Below are positions 8,437 through 18,149 of a stretch of DNA of 44,522 nt, piece by piece. Where the stretch lies: contig JBBUDB010000017.1 of NCBI GenBank assembly GCA_038057515.1, positions 1 through 44,522 of the forward strand, given 5' to 3'. Source of the DNA: Patescibacteria group bacterium (lineage in GTDB: Bacteria > Patescibacteriota > Minisyncoccia > UBA6257 > 2-01-FULL-56-20). How positions within the stretch are numbered: position 1 is the first letter of the stretch; each line of letters opens with the position of its first letter. The notes under the pieces are model-generated. The model was given only the letters and a program-made list of their open reading frames with translations, had not been told where the DNA came from and ran no database searches. The position numbers and the translations under genes were made by a program.

Positions 8437-9578
8437 AGATCGTCTTCACTACGCCGGAGTACCACCAATACGATCCTCGGAAGGGGAAAACGAACGAGTA
8501 CAATAATTTTTATCTCGGGCTCAAGGCCGCCGGCCACGAAGTGATTTTCGCACCCTTCGACCGCATTCTTGAAGGGGCAAGCGAGGCGCGGCGGGGCTTT
8601 GCGGCTAAGATGTTCGATCGCAACATCACGCTCGGTCTGTTCGACCGAGGGGCAGCCGCCGGTCGGCGCCGGTTTAACGAGGAGCTTCTGGAAACCGTAC
8701 AGCGAGAAAAACCAGATCTCTTTTTCGCTTTTCTGTACACCGACGAGCTCGAACCCGCGACGCTCCGAGAGATCAAAAAGCTGACGACGAGCGTTGCCTG
8801 GTTCTCCGACGACTCGTGGCGTTTCTGGAATTACGCGGCCGAGTGGGCGCCGCGTTTCACGTGGGCGATCACAACGTACCCTTGGCGGGTAAAGGATTAC
8901 GCGCGTGTCGGTCAGCCGAACGTTGTCGTTTCTCAATGGGGCGTGAACGAGAACTTCTATCACCCTCTCCACGACCCCATTCCCGGAGGCGTGCCGGAGG
9001 TTTCGTTTGTCGGTTCGTGGAGCGCGCCGCGCGGCCGGATCGTGGCATCGTTGCTCCGCGCCGGCATTCCGGTTTCGGTCTACGGGGCCGGCTGGCAGTC
9101 GGCCGGCTGGGCAAGCCGGCGGGTGACCGACGAAGAGATGCTTTCGATCTTTACGCAAAGCAAGATCAATCTAGCGCTAAATCCGGCTCCGGGGCTTTGG
9201 AACATCACCTCTCTCGGTCAGCTGCTCGGCCGCCGGTCGGTGGATCGTTTCGTGCCGGACCTCCGACTGATCAGGAACTGGAGCGCCTTTCTCGACCATC
9301 GCATCCCGCAGATCAAAGCCCGTCACTTCGAGGTCGCGGCCTGCGGCGGTTTCACGATCGCCGGCTGGGCCGAAGGGATTGAGCAGTACTACGCGCCCGA
9401 CAAGGAAATGGTGTTTTACAAGAGTATGCCGGAGCTTATCGAAAAGGTGCGTTGGTATCTTGACCATCCCGCCGAACGCGAGGCAATCGCTCGAGCCGGC
9501 TACGAGCGGACGGTCCGAGATCACACCTACCGTCGGCGGTTCGAGGATATTTTCCGGGCGATTGGTTTTACCAAATAG
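8433..9578 (+). CDS. CgeB-like glycosyltransferase (DUF3880 / Glyco_trans_1_2 type)
   Basis: C-terminal KARHFEVAACGGF...YYAPDKEMVFY...HTYRRRFEDI is typical of the CgeB family. ATGA overlap with the upstream epimerase. Confidence 0.6.
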   Translation: MKIVFTTPEYHQYDPRKGKTNEYNNFYLGLKAAGHEVIFAPFDRILEGASEARRGFAAKMFDRNITLGLFDRGAAAGRRRFNEELLETVQREKPDLFFAFLYTDELEPATLREIKKLTTSVAWFSDDSWRFWNYAAEWAPRFTWAITTYPWRVKDYARVGQPNVVVSQWGVNENFYHPLHDPIPGGVPEVSFVGSWSAPRGRIVASLLRAGIPVSVYGAGWQSAGWASRRVTDEEMLSIFTQSKINLALNPAPGLWNITSLGQLLGRRSVDRFVPDLRLIRNWSAFLDHRIPQIKARHFEVAACGGFTIAGWAEGIEQYYAPDKEMVFYKSMPELIEKVRWYLDHPAEREAIARAGYERTVRDHTYRRRFEDIFRAIGFTK

Positions 9579-9608
9579 CCGGCGCCCGAACTGCCCGATA
9601 CTTGCAAC

Positions 9609-10073
9609 ATGTCGAAGGAACCCCGAAGATTAAGCGACGAAGAATACCGGTTCACGTACAGTCGGGCGCCCCGGATATGCGTCGACCTAATCGTTCACAA
9701 AGAAAACAGTTTTCTTTTAACGAAAAGAGCGATAGAACCGTTCAAGGGGCTTTGGCACTTTCCCGGCGGCCGGATCTTTTATAAAGAGTCCGTTGACGAG
9801 GCGATAGCGAGAATTTCGGAAGCGGAAGTCGGCCTGACGGTGAAGAATAAAGAGCTCCTAGGCTATCTTGAGGTTTTGGAGGACGGCAAATACGTCCACA
9901 GCGTGAGCATGGTCTTTCTCGTTCAGTTCGACTCCGGAGAGATACGCGGCAGTCTGCAGGCGCAGGAAGTAAAGATCTTTGAAGAAATTCCCGAAGACAC
10001 GCACCCCGTTCATGAAGAATTCTTGCGTACTCACTGGAGTTACATTTCGAGCAGGTTGAAGAATCCGGCCTAG
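9609..10073 (+). CDS. Nudix hydrolase, GDP-mannose mannosyl hydrolase-like (Gmm/NudD type)
   Basis: Degenerate Nudix box GGRIFYKESVDEAIARISEAEVGL resembles E. coli Gmm GGRVQKDETLEAAFERLTMAELGL (R-[LI]-[ST]-x-A-E-x-G-L). It sits directly before fcl. Confidence 0.55.
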   Translation: MSKEPRRLSDEEYRFTYSRAPRICVDLIVHKENSFLLTKRAIEPFKGLWHFPGGRIFYKESVDEAIARISEAEVGLTVKNKELLGYLEVLEDGKYVHSVSMVFLVQFDSGEIRGSLQAQEVKIFEEIPEDTHPVHEEFLRTHWSYISSRLKNPA

Positions 10074-10079
10074 AAAACC

Positions 10080-11048
10080 ATGGCGATCAATCTTAAGGGG
10101 AAAAAAATCCTCGTCACCGGCGGCCACGGGTTTTTGGGCGGCCACGTGCTTCATCGTCTCCGGGCGATTGGCGTGCCAGGAGAAAATATTTTTACGCCCT
10201 CCGCGACGGAGCTTGATTTGCGGCGACTGGAACATTGTGAGCAAGCCGTTGTCGGGCAGCACATCGTGATTCATCTTGCCGCCAAGGTGGGCGGCATCGG
10301 GTTCAATCTGGAAAAGCCGGGTGAGATTTTCTACGACAATCTTTTGATGGGCGCCCAGTTGATGGAATCGGCTCGCCGCGCCGGCGTCGAAAAATTCGTG
10401 GCTATAGCCACCATCTGCGCGTACCCAAAACTTGCCCCGGTGCCGTTTCGCGAAGAATATCTCTGGGACGGCTACCCCGACGAAATAAACGCGCCTTACG
10501 GTCTCGCGAAGAAAATGCTTCTCGTCCAAGGACAGGCCTATCGCCGCCAGTACGGCATGAACGCCGTGACGCTTTTCCCGGTAAACCTCTATGGTCCGGG
10601 TGATAACTTCGACCCGGGCTCAAGCCATGTGATTCCGGCGCTCATTAAGAAGGTCGCCGACGCGAAGCGGGAGGGTAGTGATTTTATCGAGGTCTGGGGA
10701 ACCGGCAAGGCGACTCGTGAGTTCCTTTACGCCGCCGATGCGGCCGAGGGTATCGTCTTGGCGACCGAGCGTTATGATAAATCCGATCCCGTAAATCTCG
10801 GCTCCGGGAAGGAGGTTCCCATCAAGGAAGCCATCGAAACGGTTTGCCGCCTCATGGACTTTCGCGGCGAGATTCGTTGGGACCAGACGAAACCCGACGG
10901 CCAGCCCCGTCGAATGCTTGACGTCTCGCGCGCCGAGCGCGAGTTTGGTTTCCGGGCGAAGACCGATTTCGAGACGGGCCTTAAGGAAACGACCGTCTGG
11001 TATCTTGGGACGTACCCACAAGGATACGAAGGAGGCAAGAGGGCATGA
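10080..11048 (+). CDS. fcl: GDP-L-fucose synthase (GDP-4-keto-6-deoxymannose 3,5-epimerase/4-reductase)
   Basis: [15 protein letters not shown] (YxxxK), [37 protein letters not shown]. These are canonical Fcl blocks. Confidence 0.85.
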   Translation: MAINLKGKKILVTGGHGFLGGHVLHRLRAIGVPGENIFTPSATELDLRRLEHCEQAVVGQHIVIHLAAKVGGIGFNLEKPGEIFYDNLLMGAQLMESARRAGVEKFVAIATICAYPKLAPVPFREEYLWDGYPDEINAPYGLAKKMLLVQGQAYRRQYGMNAVTLFPVNLYGPGDNFDPGSSHVIPALIKKVADAKREGSDFIEVWGTGKATREFLYAADAAEGIVLATERYDKSDPVNLGSGKEVPIKEAIETVCRLMDFRGEIRWDQTKPDGQPRRMLDVSRAEREFGFRAKTDFETGLKETTVWYLGTYPQGYEGGKRA

Positions 11049-12130
11049 TACTGAAAGATACAAAGATCATTATCGTCGGGGCGAGCTGGTACGGCCACTG
11101 GGCGAAGGACTTCTGGGAAGGCCTTACAGAGATCGGTGCCGATGCCGAGATCATCTACACAAATCTCGTCGGCGGTGCCCAGCCGACGGGCGGGACGCCA
11201 TCGCTACGAACGCAAATATTCGCTCTCGCGAAGCGGTTCCTGCGGCGCTTCGCGCCGACCGTTGTGGATTTCGTGAAACGGCGAAGCCAGAGCGGCGCCG
11301 AGAGAACGCTCCTGGAACGTGCTGATAACGTTATTGCTTCGGGGAAAAAGGTGCTTGTGATTTTTGTCTGGACGCCGCCCTCGGAAACAGCTCTTCGGGA
11401 ACTCAAAAAGCGCCCAGTGGCGCTTGCCTTGTGGCAGGGCGAACCGACGGCTCGCGATTTGGGCTGGGAGCCGCTCTTCGATTATTTTGATCATCTTTTC
11501 TGCGTGGATGACGATTGGATGGCGCGGTTTGCCGAAGAACGGAACCGCCGGCGAGCCATCCTCCTGCCGCTCGCGACCAATCCCCGCATTCATCGTCCCG
11601 TGCCGCCGAGTAATGATCCGAAATACCAGGCGGATGTCGCTTTCGTGGGTTTCTACCGGCCGCAGAGAGCCGACATGCTTTCGGCCATCAAACACTTAGA
11701 CCTCAAGATTTATGGCTATGATTGGGAAGAAGGATTTCACGACTTTCCGTGGATGAGGGAAAAATATTTCGGCACGCTTGCCGATGAAGAAGTGAATCTT
11801 ATTTTCAACACGGCCAAGATCTCGATTGGCACACTTGGTATTACCCAGAATCCCGGGCCGACCACCACCCAGCGCACTTTTGATATTGCTCTTGCCGGTG
11901 GTTTCCAGATTTCCGGCTGGGCCGCCCTTACCCCGAAGCTCTTTGGCGATGCCGTCGTGCTTTTTCGGACGAAAGAAGAACTTGCCAATCTCGTGAAGCA
12001 TTACCTCGCGCGTCCGGACGAGCGCCGGGATATGGCGGAGCGAGCTCGCCTTATCGCGACGGAGGGCCATACCTACGCTCACCGCGCCCGCGTTATACTC
12101 AAAGCGTGCGGGATCTCTGTTAATGATTGA
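11045..12130 (+). CDS. CgeB-like glycosyltransferase, paralogue of 8433-9578
   Basis: Same C-terminal architecture ([12 protein letters not shown]...[10 protein letters not shown]). ATGA overlap with fcl. Confidence 0.55.
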   Translation: MILKDTKIIIVGASWYGHWAKDFWEGLTEIGADAEIIYTNLVGGAQPTGGTPSLRTQIFALAKRFLRRFAPTVVDFVKRRSQSGAERTLLERADNVIASGKKVLVIFVWTPPSETALRELKKRPVALALWQGEPTARDLGWEPLFDYFDHLFCVDDDWMARFAEERNRRRAILLPLATNPRIHRPVPPSNDPKYQADVAFVGFYRPQRADMLSAIKHLDLKIYGYDWEEGFHDFPWMREKYFGTLADEEVNLIFNTAKISIGTLGITQNPGPTTTQRTFDIALAGGFQISGWAALTPKLFGDAVVLFRTKEELANLVKHYLARPDERRDMAERARLIATEGHTYAHRARVILKACGISVND

Positions 12131-12171
12131 AAAGCAAATCGAGAATTATATCGCCCGCGCCACTAAGTTTC

Positions 12172-12750
12172 ATGATCAATCGGATTAATCGACAAATCGA
12201 GGATTACATCGCCTTGGCCGGCGTATTTCGGGATCCGGCGTTTGCCGAGCGGATGATCGCCGCCATCCGCCTCATCGAGGCGGCGTTTCGGCAGAAAGGC
12301 AAGGTGCTCGTTGCCGGCAATGGCGGCTCGGCCGCTGATGCCCAGCACTTCGCGGCCGAGTTCGTGTGCAAGTTTAAGCGTGAGCGGCCGGGATACGCGG
12401 CCATCGCGCTCACGACCAACACCTCCGTTTTGACCGCCTGGAGCAATGATTACGATTTCAAAGATGTTTTTGCTCGCGAGGTCGAGGCGCTCGGCCGTGC
12501 CGGTGACGTATTTGTCGGTATTTCTACTTCCGGGAACTCGGAGAATGTAATCCGAGCCATCACGAAGGCGAAAGGGATTGGCCTCACGACCGTCGCCATC
12601 CTCGGCCATGATGGCGGACGCACGAAAGGCGTGGCCGATATCGAGATCGTCGTGCCGTCGAATAATACACCGCGTATTCAAGAGGCGCAGATGTTCATCT
12701 TGCACGCAATCGCCGAGGAGGTTGAGGCCCTGCTCGCGGGACAAAATTAG
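12172..12750 (+). CDS. gmhA: sedoheptulose-7-phosphate isomerase (SIS domain)
   Basis: VAGNGGSAADAQHFAAEF, ISTSGNSENV, QEAQMFILH. The listed ORF begins at a TTG (12127) overlapping the upstream stop, so the ATG at 12172 is preferred. Confidence 0.8.
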   Translation: MINRINRQIEDYIALAGVFRDPAFAERMIAAIRLIEAAFRQKGKVLVAGNGGSAADAQHFAAEFVCKFKRERPGYAAIALTTNTSVLTAWSNDYDFKDVFAREVEALGRAGDVFVGISTSGNSENVIRAITKAKGIGLTTVAILGHDGGRTKGVADIEIVVPSNNTPRIQEAQMFILHAIAEEVEALLAGQN

Positions 12751-12799
12751 CCCCACCGGCAGTTTTCTGATATATAAACTAAGTACTTATTCTCCAAGC

Positions 12800-13765
12800 A
12801 TGGCCCAGACCATCGTCCCGGAACCGAAGAATACCGAGATAAAAAGTATCACCGCTGGGGACTTTGCCGCCTGTTTCGGCGAAGAGCTTTCGCCGCGGAC
12901 GCGCGCTGTCGCCGAGGCAGGGGATTTTCGTTTCTTCGAGCTTACGCCCGACGAGCGCGACGTTTGCATTCGGACGATCGTCGAGAAGTTTGTTGACCCG
13001 GCCTTCGATCGTTCTGGCGCGCACCGGATCGATAAGTGGGAAAGGGGCTGGGGCGAGAACCTCGCCGAACTTCAGGCCGCGAGCGGAACCGACTTTGCCG
13101 CCACGATCCGGCCGAAGTATTTCGATAAATACGACATTGTTCGTTTTCGCGGTCGGTTCATCAAGGCGCTCGCTTCCGATTTCGAATACCAGATGTTGCG
13201 CGTGATTCTAGCGTGGCTCTTTGAAAAATATCTCGCCACGGCGCCGACGGTCTATGAGTTCGGCTGCGGCACGGGTCACAATCTGCTCTGGCTTCGCGAG
13301 TTCAACCCCGGAGCGAAGCTCGTCGGCCTTGATTGGGCCGTTTCGTCGCAAGAAATCATCGCCGAAATGGTGCGTCGGGGGATACTCGCGGATGCCGAGG
13401 GACGACGCTTCGATTTTTTTAATCCCGATAAAACTCTGGCTCTCGAACCCGACTCGGCTGTTTACACCGTTGCCGCGCTTGAGCAGGTGGGAGAGGAAAG
13501 CGGCAAGTTTCTGGACTATCTTCTCGGGCAGAAACCGTCGGTTGTGGTACACGTCGAGCCGATGGCCGAGTTCTTCGATCCGCAAAACCCCTTGGACGCG
13601 CTTGCCATCACCTACTACAAGAAACGCAATTGGCTTTGGGGGTTGCTCACGAATCTGCGAAAACTTGAAAGCGAGGAAAAGATAGAGATTCTCGAGGCCC
13701 GTCGCACGCATTTGGGACACCTTCTGACGGATGGTTATTCCGTGGTCGTGTGGCGGCCAAAGTGA
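12800..13765 (+). CDS. class I SAM-dependent methyltransferase
   Basis: VYEFGCGTGHNL motif I, LVGLDW motif II. The ORF listed from 12578 overlaps gmhA, so the ATG at 12800 (MAQTIVPEP) is preferred. Confidence 0.65.
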   Translation: MAQTIVPEPKNTEIKSITAGDFAACFGEELSPRTRAVAEAGDFRFFELTPDERDVCIRTIVEKFVDPAFDRSGAHRIDKWERGWGENLAELQAASGTDFAATIRPKYFDKYDIVRFRGRFIKALASDFEYQMLRVILAWLFEKYLATAPTVYEFGCGTGHNLLWLREFNPGAKLVGLDWAVSSQEIIAEMVRRGILADAEGRRFDFFNPDKTLALEPDSAVYTVAALEQVGEESGKFLDYLLGQKPSVVVHVEPMAEFFDPQNPLDALAITYYKKRNWLWGLLTNLRKLESEEKIEILEARRTHLGHLLTDGYSVVVWRPK

Positions 13766-13784
13766 CCTTCTGCGCTGGCTTTTC

Positions 13785-13813
13785 TTGCATCACCACCGGA
13801 CCGGGGATATACT
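13785..13813 (+). promoter_or_regulatory. candidate promoter, leaderless geometry
   Basis: TTGCAT (13785-13790), 17 nt, TATACT (13808-13813), then 9 nt to the ATG at 13823. Confidence 0.45.
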
Positions 13814-13822
13814 GGGAAAATA

Positions 13823-14338
13823 ATGGAATTCGTCAAAACTAAGCTTTCAGGCGTTGTTCTTGTAAAACCGGACGTTCAGGAGGATTTTCGAGGCGGCTAC
13901 GTCGAGACGTACAACAAGAAGGCCTATCAGGGGAATGGCATCGCGCCGGAATTCGTCCAGGACGACATGTCGTTCTCGACGAAGCACGTTTTGCGCGGGA
14001 TTCATGCCGATCAAGAGATCGCGAAACTTGTGTCCTGTGCCTACGGCCGATTTTACTGCGTCATCGTGAACTGCGATGAATCTTCGCCGGACTTCGGCAA
14101 ATGGGAATCGTTCAATTTGTCAGATCGCAATCGTTGGCAGGTCTATGCGCCGCCGAAGCACGGCGTGGCCCACCTTGTCATGAGCGACTACACGATCTTC
14201 CACTACAAACAATCGGGATATTACAATCCGTCGAATCAGAAGAGCTATCGCTTCGACGACCCGCGCTTCAAAATCTGGTGGCCGGTTAAGGCCCCGATCC
14301 TTTCCCGTCGCGACGAAGAGGGAAAATATGTCGACTAG
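13823..14338 (+). CDS. RmlC-like cupin sugar-nucleotide 3,5-epimerase
   Basis: FRGGYVETY, VLRGIHAD, KLVSCAYGRFYCVIV, GVAHLVMSD, FHYKQSGYY. This is the dTDP-4-dehydrorhamnose 3,5-epimerase fold signature. Confidence 0.8.
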   Translation: MEFVKTKLSGVVLVKPDVQEDFRGGYVETYNKKAYQGNGIAPEFVQDDMSFSTKHVLRGIHADQEIAKLVSCAYGRFYCVIVNCDESSPDFGKWESFNLSDRNRWQVYAPPKHGVAHLVMSDYTIFHYKQSGYYNPSNQKSYRFDDPRFKIWWPVKAPILSRRDEEGKYVD

Positions 14339-15281
14339 TCCCAAAAAAATCCTCGTGACCGGCGGTGCCGGCTACATCGGCTCGGTTCTCGTGCCGGAGC
14401 TTTTGCGTCTCGGCCACGAAGTGACGGTTATCGACAGCTTTCTCTACGGCCAGACGCCGCTTCTCGATGTCGTTCACTATCCAACACTCACCGTTGTTCG
14501 GGGCGATGCCCGAAACGAAGAATTGATTAAAAAACATCTCGAGGGCAAAGATGTCGTCATCCCGCTGGCGTGTCTTGTGGGCGCGCCGCTCTGCGACAAG
14601 GACCCGATCGCGGCCGAGACCACGAATCTTGAGGCGATCAAAATGATCGTGCGGTTGCGCAACAAGGCGACCCAGCAGATTATCTTTCCGAACACGAATA
14701 GCGGCTACGGCCGGATGGCTGAAGGCGTGGCCTATTGCGATGAAAATAGCCCGCTTGAACCCGTGTCGCTCTACGGCAAGCTAAAAGTAGAAGCGGAAAA
14801 ACTATTGCTTGCCGACGGCAATGCCATCACCTTTCGGCTCGCCACGGTTTTTGGGGCGAGCCCTCGGATGCGTCTCGATCTTCTCGTGAACGACTTCGTG
14901 TACCGGGCCGTGAACGACCGCGTGGCGGTGCTTTTCGAAGCGCACTTCAAGCGGAACTACATTCACATTCGCGACGTGGCGGCCGCGTTTATCCACGCGA
15001 TGGACAACTTCGAAACGATGAAGAACCAGCCCTACAACGTCGGTCTTTCGGAGGCGAATCTCTCGAAACTCGAGCTTTGCGAGGAGATCAAGCGCGTTTT
15101 GCCCAAATTCGTTTTTATTGAATCGAAGATCGGTGAGGATCCGGATAAGCGTAATTACATTATCTCTAATGCAAAGATCGAAGCGACGGGGTATAAGCCA
15201 AAGGTATCGCTCCCGGTGGGCATTCGCGAGCTCGTGAAGACATACGAGATCGTGAAACGGAACCACTTCGCGAATATCTAA
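14328..15281 (+). CDS. extended SDR, NAD-dependent sugar-nucleotide dehydrogenase/epimerase
   Basis: ILVTGGAGYIGS, YGKLK (YxxxK). Overlaps the RmlC-like gene by 11 nt. Confidence 0.7.
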   Translation: MSTSPKKILVTGGAGYIGSVLVPELLRLGHEVTVIDSFLYGQTPLLDVVHYPTLTVVRGDARNEELIKKHLEGKDVVIPLACLVGAPLCDKDPIAAETTNLEAIKMIVRLRNKATQQIIFPNTNSGYGRMAEGVAYCDENSPLEPVSLYGKLKVEAEKLLLADGNAITFRLATVFGASPRMRLDLLVNDFVYRAVNDRVAVLFEAHFKRNYIHIRDVAAAFIHAMDNFETMKNQPYNVGLSEANLSKLELCEEIKRVLPKFVFIESKIGEDPDKRNYIISNAKIEATGYKPKVSLPVGIRELVKTYEIVKRNHFANI

Positions 15282-15303
15282 GGGCTTACATCTTGGGCTC
15301 TCT

Positions 15304-15330
15304 GGACGGCCAAAAGAGGCCGTTTTATTT
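15304..15330 (+). terminator. rho-independent terminator
   Basis: ACGGCC-AAAAGA-GGCCGT followed by TTTATTTG. Confidence 0.6.
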
Positions 15331-15340
15331 GCCCTAAATT

Positions 15341-15364
15341 CCTTTCCGGCGTACCATGGAAAGG
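15341..15364 (+). promoter_or_regulatory. hairpin sequestering the purine tract before the ATG at 15367
   Basis: CCTTTCC (15341-15347) pairs with GGAAAGG (15358-15364). The latter is the only SD-like sequence, 2 nt before the start codon. Confidence 0.3.
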
Positions 15365-15366
15365 TT

Positions 15367-16329
15367 ATGGCGGAGATAAAACGCAAGAGGATCCTCGTGA
15401 CTGGCGGTAATGCCGTTGCGGGTGATGGCCTGAAGAGCGTCGTTGCGGCGGGCGAATTTTCTGGCCGCGAGTTCGTCTTTCCGGGCTCAAAGGAGTTGAA
15501 TCTTTTGGACGCCGCGGCGACGAGAAAATACGTTGCCGACTGGAAGCCCGATGCTATCGTGCATTTTGCAGCGATCTCTGGCGGCATTCAGCTTACCCTC
15601 GATCATCCGGCGAGTGTGATGCGCGATAATATTCTCATGAACCTCAACGTCGTCGAAGCGGCGCGTCTTTCGGGTGTGACGAAAATAATCATGACGCTTT
15701 CCGCGGCGATCTATCCCATGAATGCCCCGGTGCCGATGAAAGAAGAATCTCTCCACGAGGGCTATCCGCACGAGACGAACTACAGTTATGCGTTCGCAAA
15801 GCGGCTCATTGACCCAATGGCGAAGGCCTATCACAAAGAATATGGTATGGATATCGTTGGTATCATCCCGGGGGCGATCATCGGCCCGAAGAGCAGTTTC
15901 GATCCAAAAAGCTCCACGGCCATCCCGGCGATAATTCGCCGCTTTTACGAGAACCGAGAGGGGGATGGTCCGCTTGTTGTGTGGGGTGATGGATCACCCT
16001 TGCGTCAATTCACTTCCGGTGATGATATTGGTCGGGTGGCCATGTGGTGCGTCGACAATTATAACGAGCCGCAGATGCTGAATGTAAGCACGATGGAAGA
16101 AACCTCCATTAAGGATGCGGCATATATGATCGCCGAGTTTCTGGGAATCGACGCAAAACGCCTAACATTCGACACTTCAAAACCCGCCGGAACGCCTCGT
16201 CAGGCGATCGATAACACGAAGTTCATGAGCTTATCGCATTTCACATATATGCCAGCGCGAGAAACGATAAAAAGAACCGTTGAATATTTTGCGGCGAACT
16301 ATCCCGATCCGAAAAAACTCCGACTCTAA
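15367..16329 (+). CDS. Fcl-like SDR (second GDP-fucose-synthase paralogue), probable NDP-4-keto-sugar reductase
   Basis: LSAAIYP, YSYAFAKR (YxxxK), SSTAIPAIIRRF, VVWGDGSPLRQF. These blocks are collinear with Fcl. Confidence 0.65.
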   Translation: MAEIKRKRILVTGGNAVAGDGLKSVVAAGEFSGREFVFPGSKELNLLDAAATRKYVADWKPDAIVHFAAISGGIQLTLDHPASVMRDNILMNLNVVEAARLSGVTKIIMTLSAAIYPMNAPVPMKEESLHEGYPHETNYSYAFAKRLIDPMAKAYHKEYGMDIVGIIPGAIIGPKSSFDPKSSTAIPAIIRRFYENREGDGPLVVWGDGSPLRQFTSGDDIGRVAMWCVDNYNEPQMLNVSTMEETSIKDAAYMIAEFLGIDAKRLTFDTSKPAGTPRQAIDNTKFMSLSHFTYMPARETIKRTVEYFAANYPDPKKLRL

Positions 16330-16331
16330 AG

Positions 16332-17303
16332 ATGAACTATCGACCACTCGGCAGAACGGGTATCACTGTTTCGGAAGTTGGTTTTGGCACGTGGGGCATC
16401 GGCGGAGAAACGCCCGGCGCCACGTCCTATGGGCCGACCGACGATACCGAATCAAAACGCGCCCTCGAAACCGCTTTTGAGAACGGCATTACGTTCTACG
16501 ACACATCGGATCTTTACGGTGCTGGCCACGCCGAGGAACTCTTGGGAGAGGTCTTCTCGAATCGCCGCGAGAAGATCGTCATCGCGAGCAAGGTTGGCTA
16601 CGTCCAGCATGGGGGACCGCACGATTTTCGACCGATGTGGATCCGCGCGCGGGTCGAGGCAAGTTTGCGCCGCCTCAAGACCGACTACCTCGACGTTTAC
16701 CAACTCCATAGTCCGCCGATGGATCAGCTTCGCGCGACACCTGGCGCGATTGAAGAGATGCACGCATTAAAGAGAGAAGGTAAGATTCGTGCCATCGGTA
16801 TCTCCGTAAAGAGTCCGAAAGATATTCAGGCGGCAATCGAAGAGTTTGGCGCCGAGACCATTCAGGTTAATTTCAATCTCATTGATCAGCGGGCGCTTGA
16901 TGACGGTTGGTTCGCGTTCGCCGGTAACCGGGGCGTTGGCATCATCGCGCGCACACCACTCGGCTTCGGATTCTTGAGCGGCGCCATCACCGATCTTCAT
17001 TTTCCGCCAAGCGATCATCGTTCGAACTGGCCCGAGGGCCAGCTTCGTCGCTGGGCCGAAGCACCGAAGCTTTTCGCGTTTTTAGGCGAGGGGCGCGAGG
17101 CATCGCCCACCCAGATCGCTTTGAAATTCTGCACGAGCTTTTCCGAGGTCGGCGTCGTGATCCCCGGCATCCTGCACCCGTCGGAGGCGGTAGAAAATGC
17201 CGCCGCGAGCGAAATCCAGAGCTTCACGGCCGAAGAGATTGCCCGAGCCCGCGAGGTCTACAAGGACAACGAATTTTTCGACAAATCGCTGAAATCGAAG
17301 TAA
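16332..17303 (+). CDS. aldo/keto reductase
   Basis: LGRTGITVSEVGFGTWGIGG, FYDTSDLYGAGHAEELLG, IASKVG, YQLHSP. These are AKR signatures. Confidence 0.8.
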   Translation: MNYRPLGRTGITVSEVGFGTWGIGGETPGATSYGPTDDTESKRALETAFENGITFYDTSDLYGAGHAEELLGEVFSNRREKIVIASKVGYVQHGGPHDFRPMWIRARVEASLRRLKTDYLDVYQLHSPPMDQLRATPGAIEEMHALKREGKIRAIGISVKSPKDIQAAIEEFGAETIQVNFNLIDQRALDDGWFAFAGNRGVGIIARTPLGFGFLSGAITDLHFPPSDHRSNWPEGQLRRWAEAPKLFAFLGEGREASPTQIALKFCTSFSEVGVVIPGILHPSEAVENAAASEIQSFTAEEIARAREVYKDNEFFDKSLKSK

Positions 17304-17316
17304 ACTGGGCTCCACG

Positions 17317-18141
17317 ATGATAGAAGCTGCTCTTGGGGAGGATTTATTTGGCCGGGCGAAGCACATCCGCCGGGACATCGTCGAGATGATCTACCGGGCG
17401 AAAAGCTCTCATATCGGTTGCGCGCTTTCTGCGGCCGATATTCTTACCGCGCTCTACTTCGGCGGGGTTTTGCGCATTGATCCGAAAAGCCCAAAAGCGC
17501 CGGGGCGGGACCGGCTCATCTTAAGCAAGGGCCATGCGGTGACGGCTGTGTACGCCGCTCTCGCCGAGCGCGGTTTTTTCCCAAAAGAAAAACTTCTTGA
17601 ATATGGGACCGATGGCACGACGCTCGCGAGCCATATCGTCCTTGATGTTCTACCGGGAACGGAAACCTCAAGCGGTTCCGGGGGTCACGGCCTACCGATG
17701 GGTGTCGGCATGGCGCTTGCCGCTCGGGCGGATAAGAACGGCGCCCGGATATTCGTGCTTTCGGGTGACGGCGAGCTCGAAGAAGGATCGGCGTGGGAGG
17801 CGATGCTTTTTGCCGGACATCATAAGCTTTCGAATTTGAAACTTATCGTTGATCGTAACGATCTTCAAGACGGCGTGGATGGTCTTCGGGTGAGCGATGT
17901 TCTTGATCTGAATCCTTTAGACGAAAAGTTCCGAGCCTTCGGCTGGGAAGTTGATATCGTTGACGGCCATGATCCGGCCGCCCTCATCCCAGCGCTCAAA
18001 AAGGAGACGGCTCGACCACACGCCATAATCGCGAAGACAGTAAAGGGAAAGGGGGTATCTTTCATGGAAAATCGGGGCGAGTGGCATGGGAAGTGCCCGA
18101 ATGCCGATGAGTACGCAATCGCGATAAAAGAACTATCTTAA
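17317..18141 (+). CDS. transketolase, N-terminal (ThDP pyrophosphate-binding) subunit
   Basis: GHIGCALSAADIL, LSKGHAVTAVYA, GSGGHGLPMGVGMA, LSGDGELEEGSAWEA. Confidence 0.85.
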   Translation: MIEAALGEDLFGRAKHIRRDIVEMIYRAKSSHIGCALSAADILTALYFGGVLRIDPKSPKAPGRDRLILSKGHAVTAVYAALAERGFFPKEKLLEYGTDGTTLASHIVLDVLPGTETSSGSGGHGLPMGVGMALAARADKNGARIFVLSGDGELEEGSAWEAMLFAGHHKLSNLKLIVDRNDLQDGVDGLRVSDVLDLNPLDEKFRAFGWEVDIVDGHDPAALIPALKKETARPHAIIAKTVKGKGVSFMENRGEWHGKCPNADEYAIAIKELS

Positions 18142-18149
18142 TTATCATC

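Noticed and set aside
12578-12799. Long N-terminal extensions of listed ORFs (12578 for the methyltransferase, 18904 for the kinase, 22759 for Wzy, 7315 for GME, 27146 and 28967 for the nucleotidyltransferases).
   Set aside because: The extensions overlap upstream genes or promoters and translate to low-complexity R/S/P-rich sequence. Internal ATGs coincide with the conserved family N-termini.
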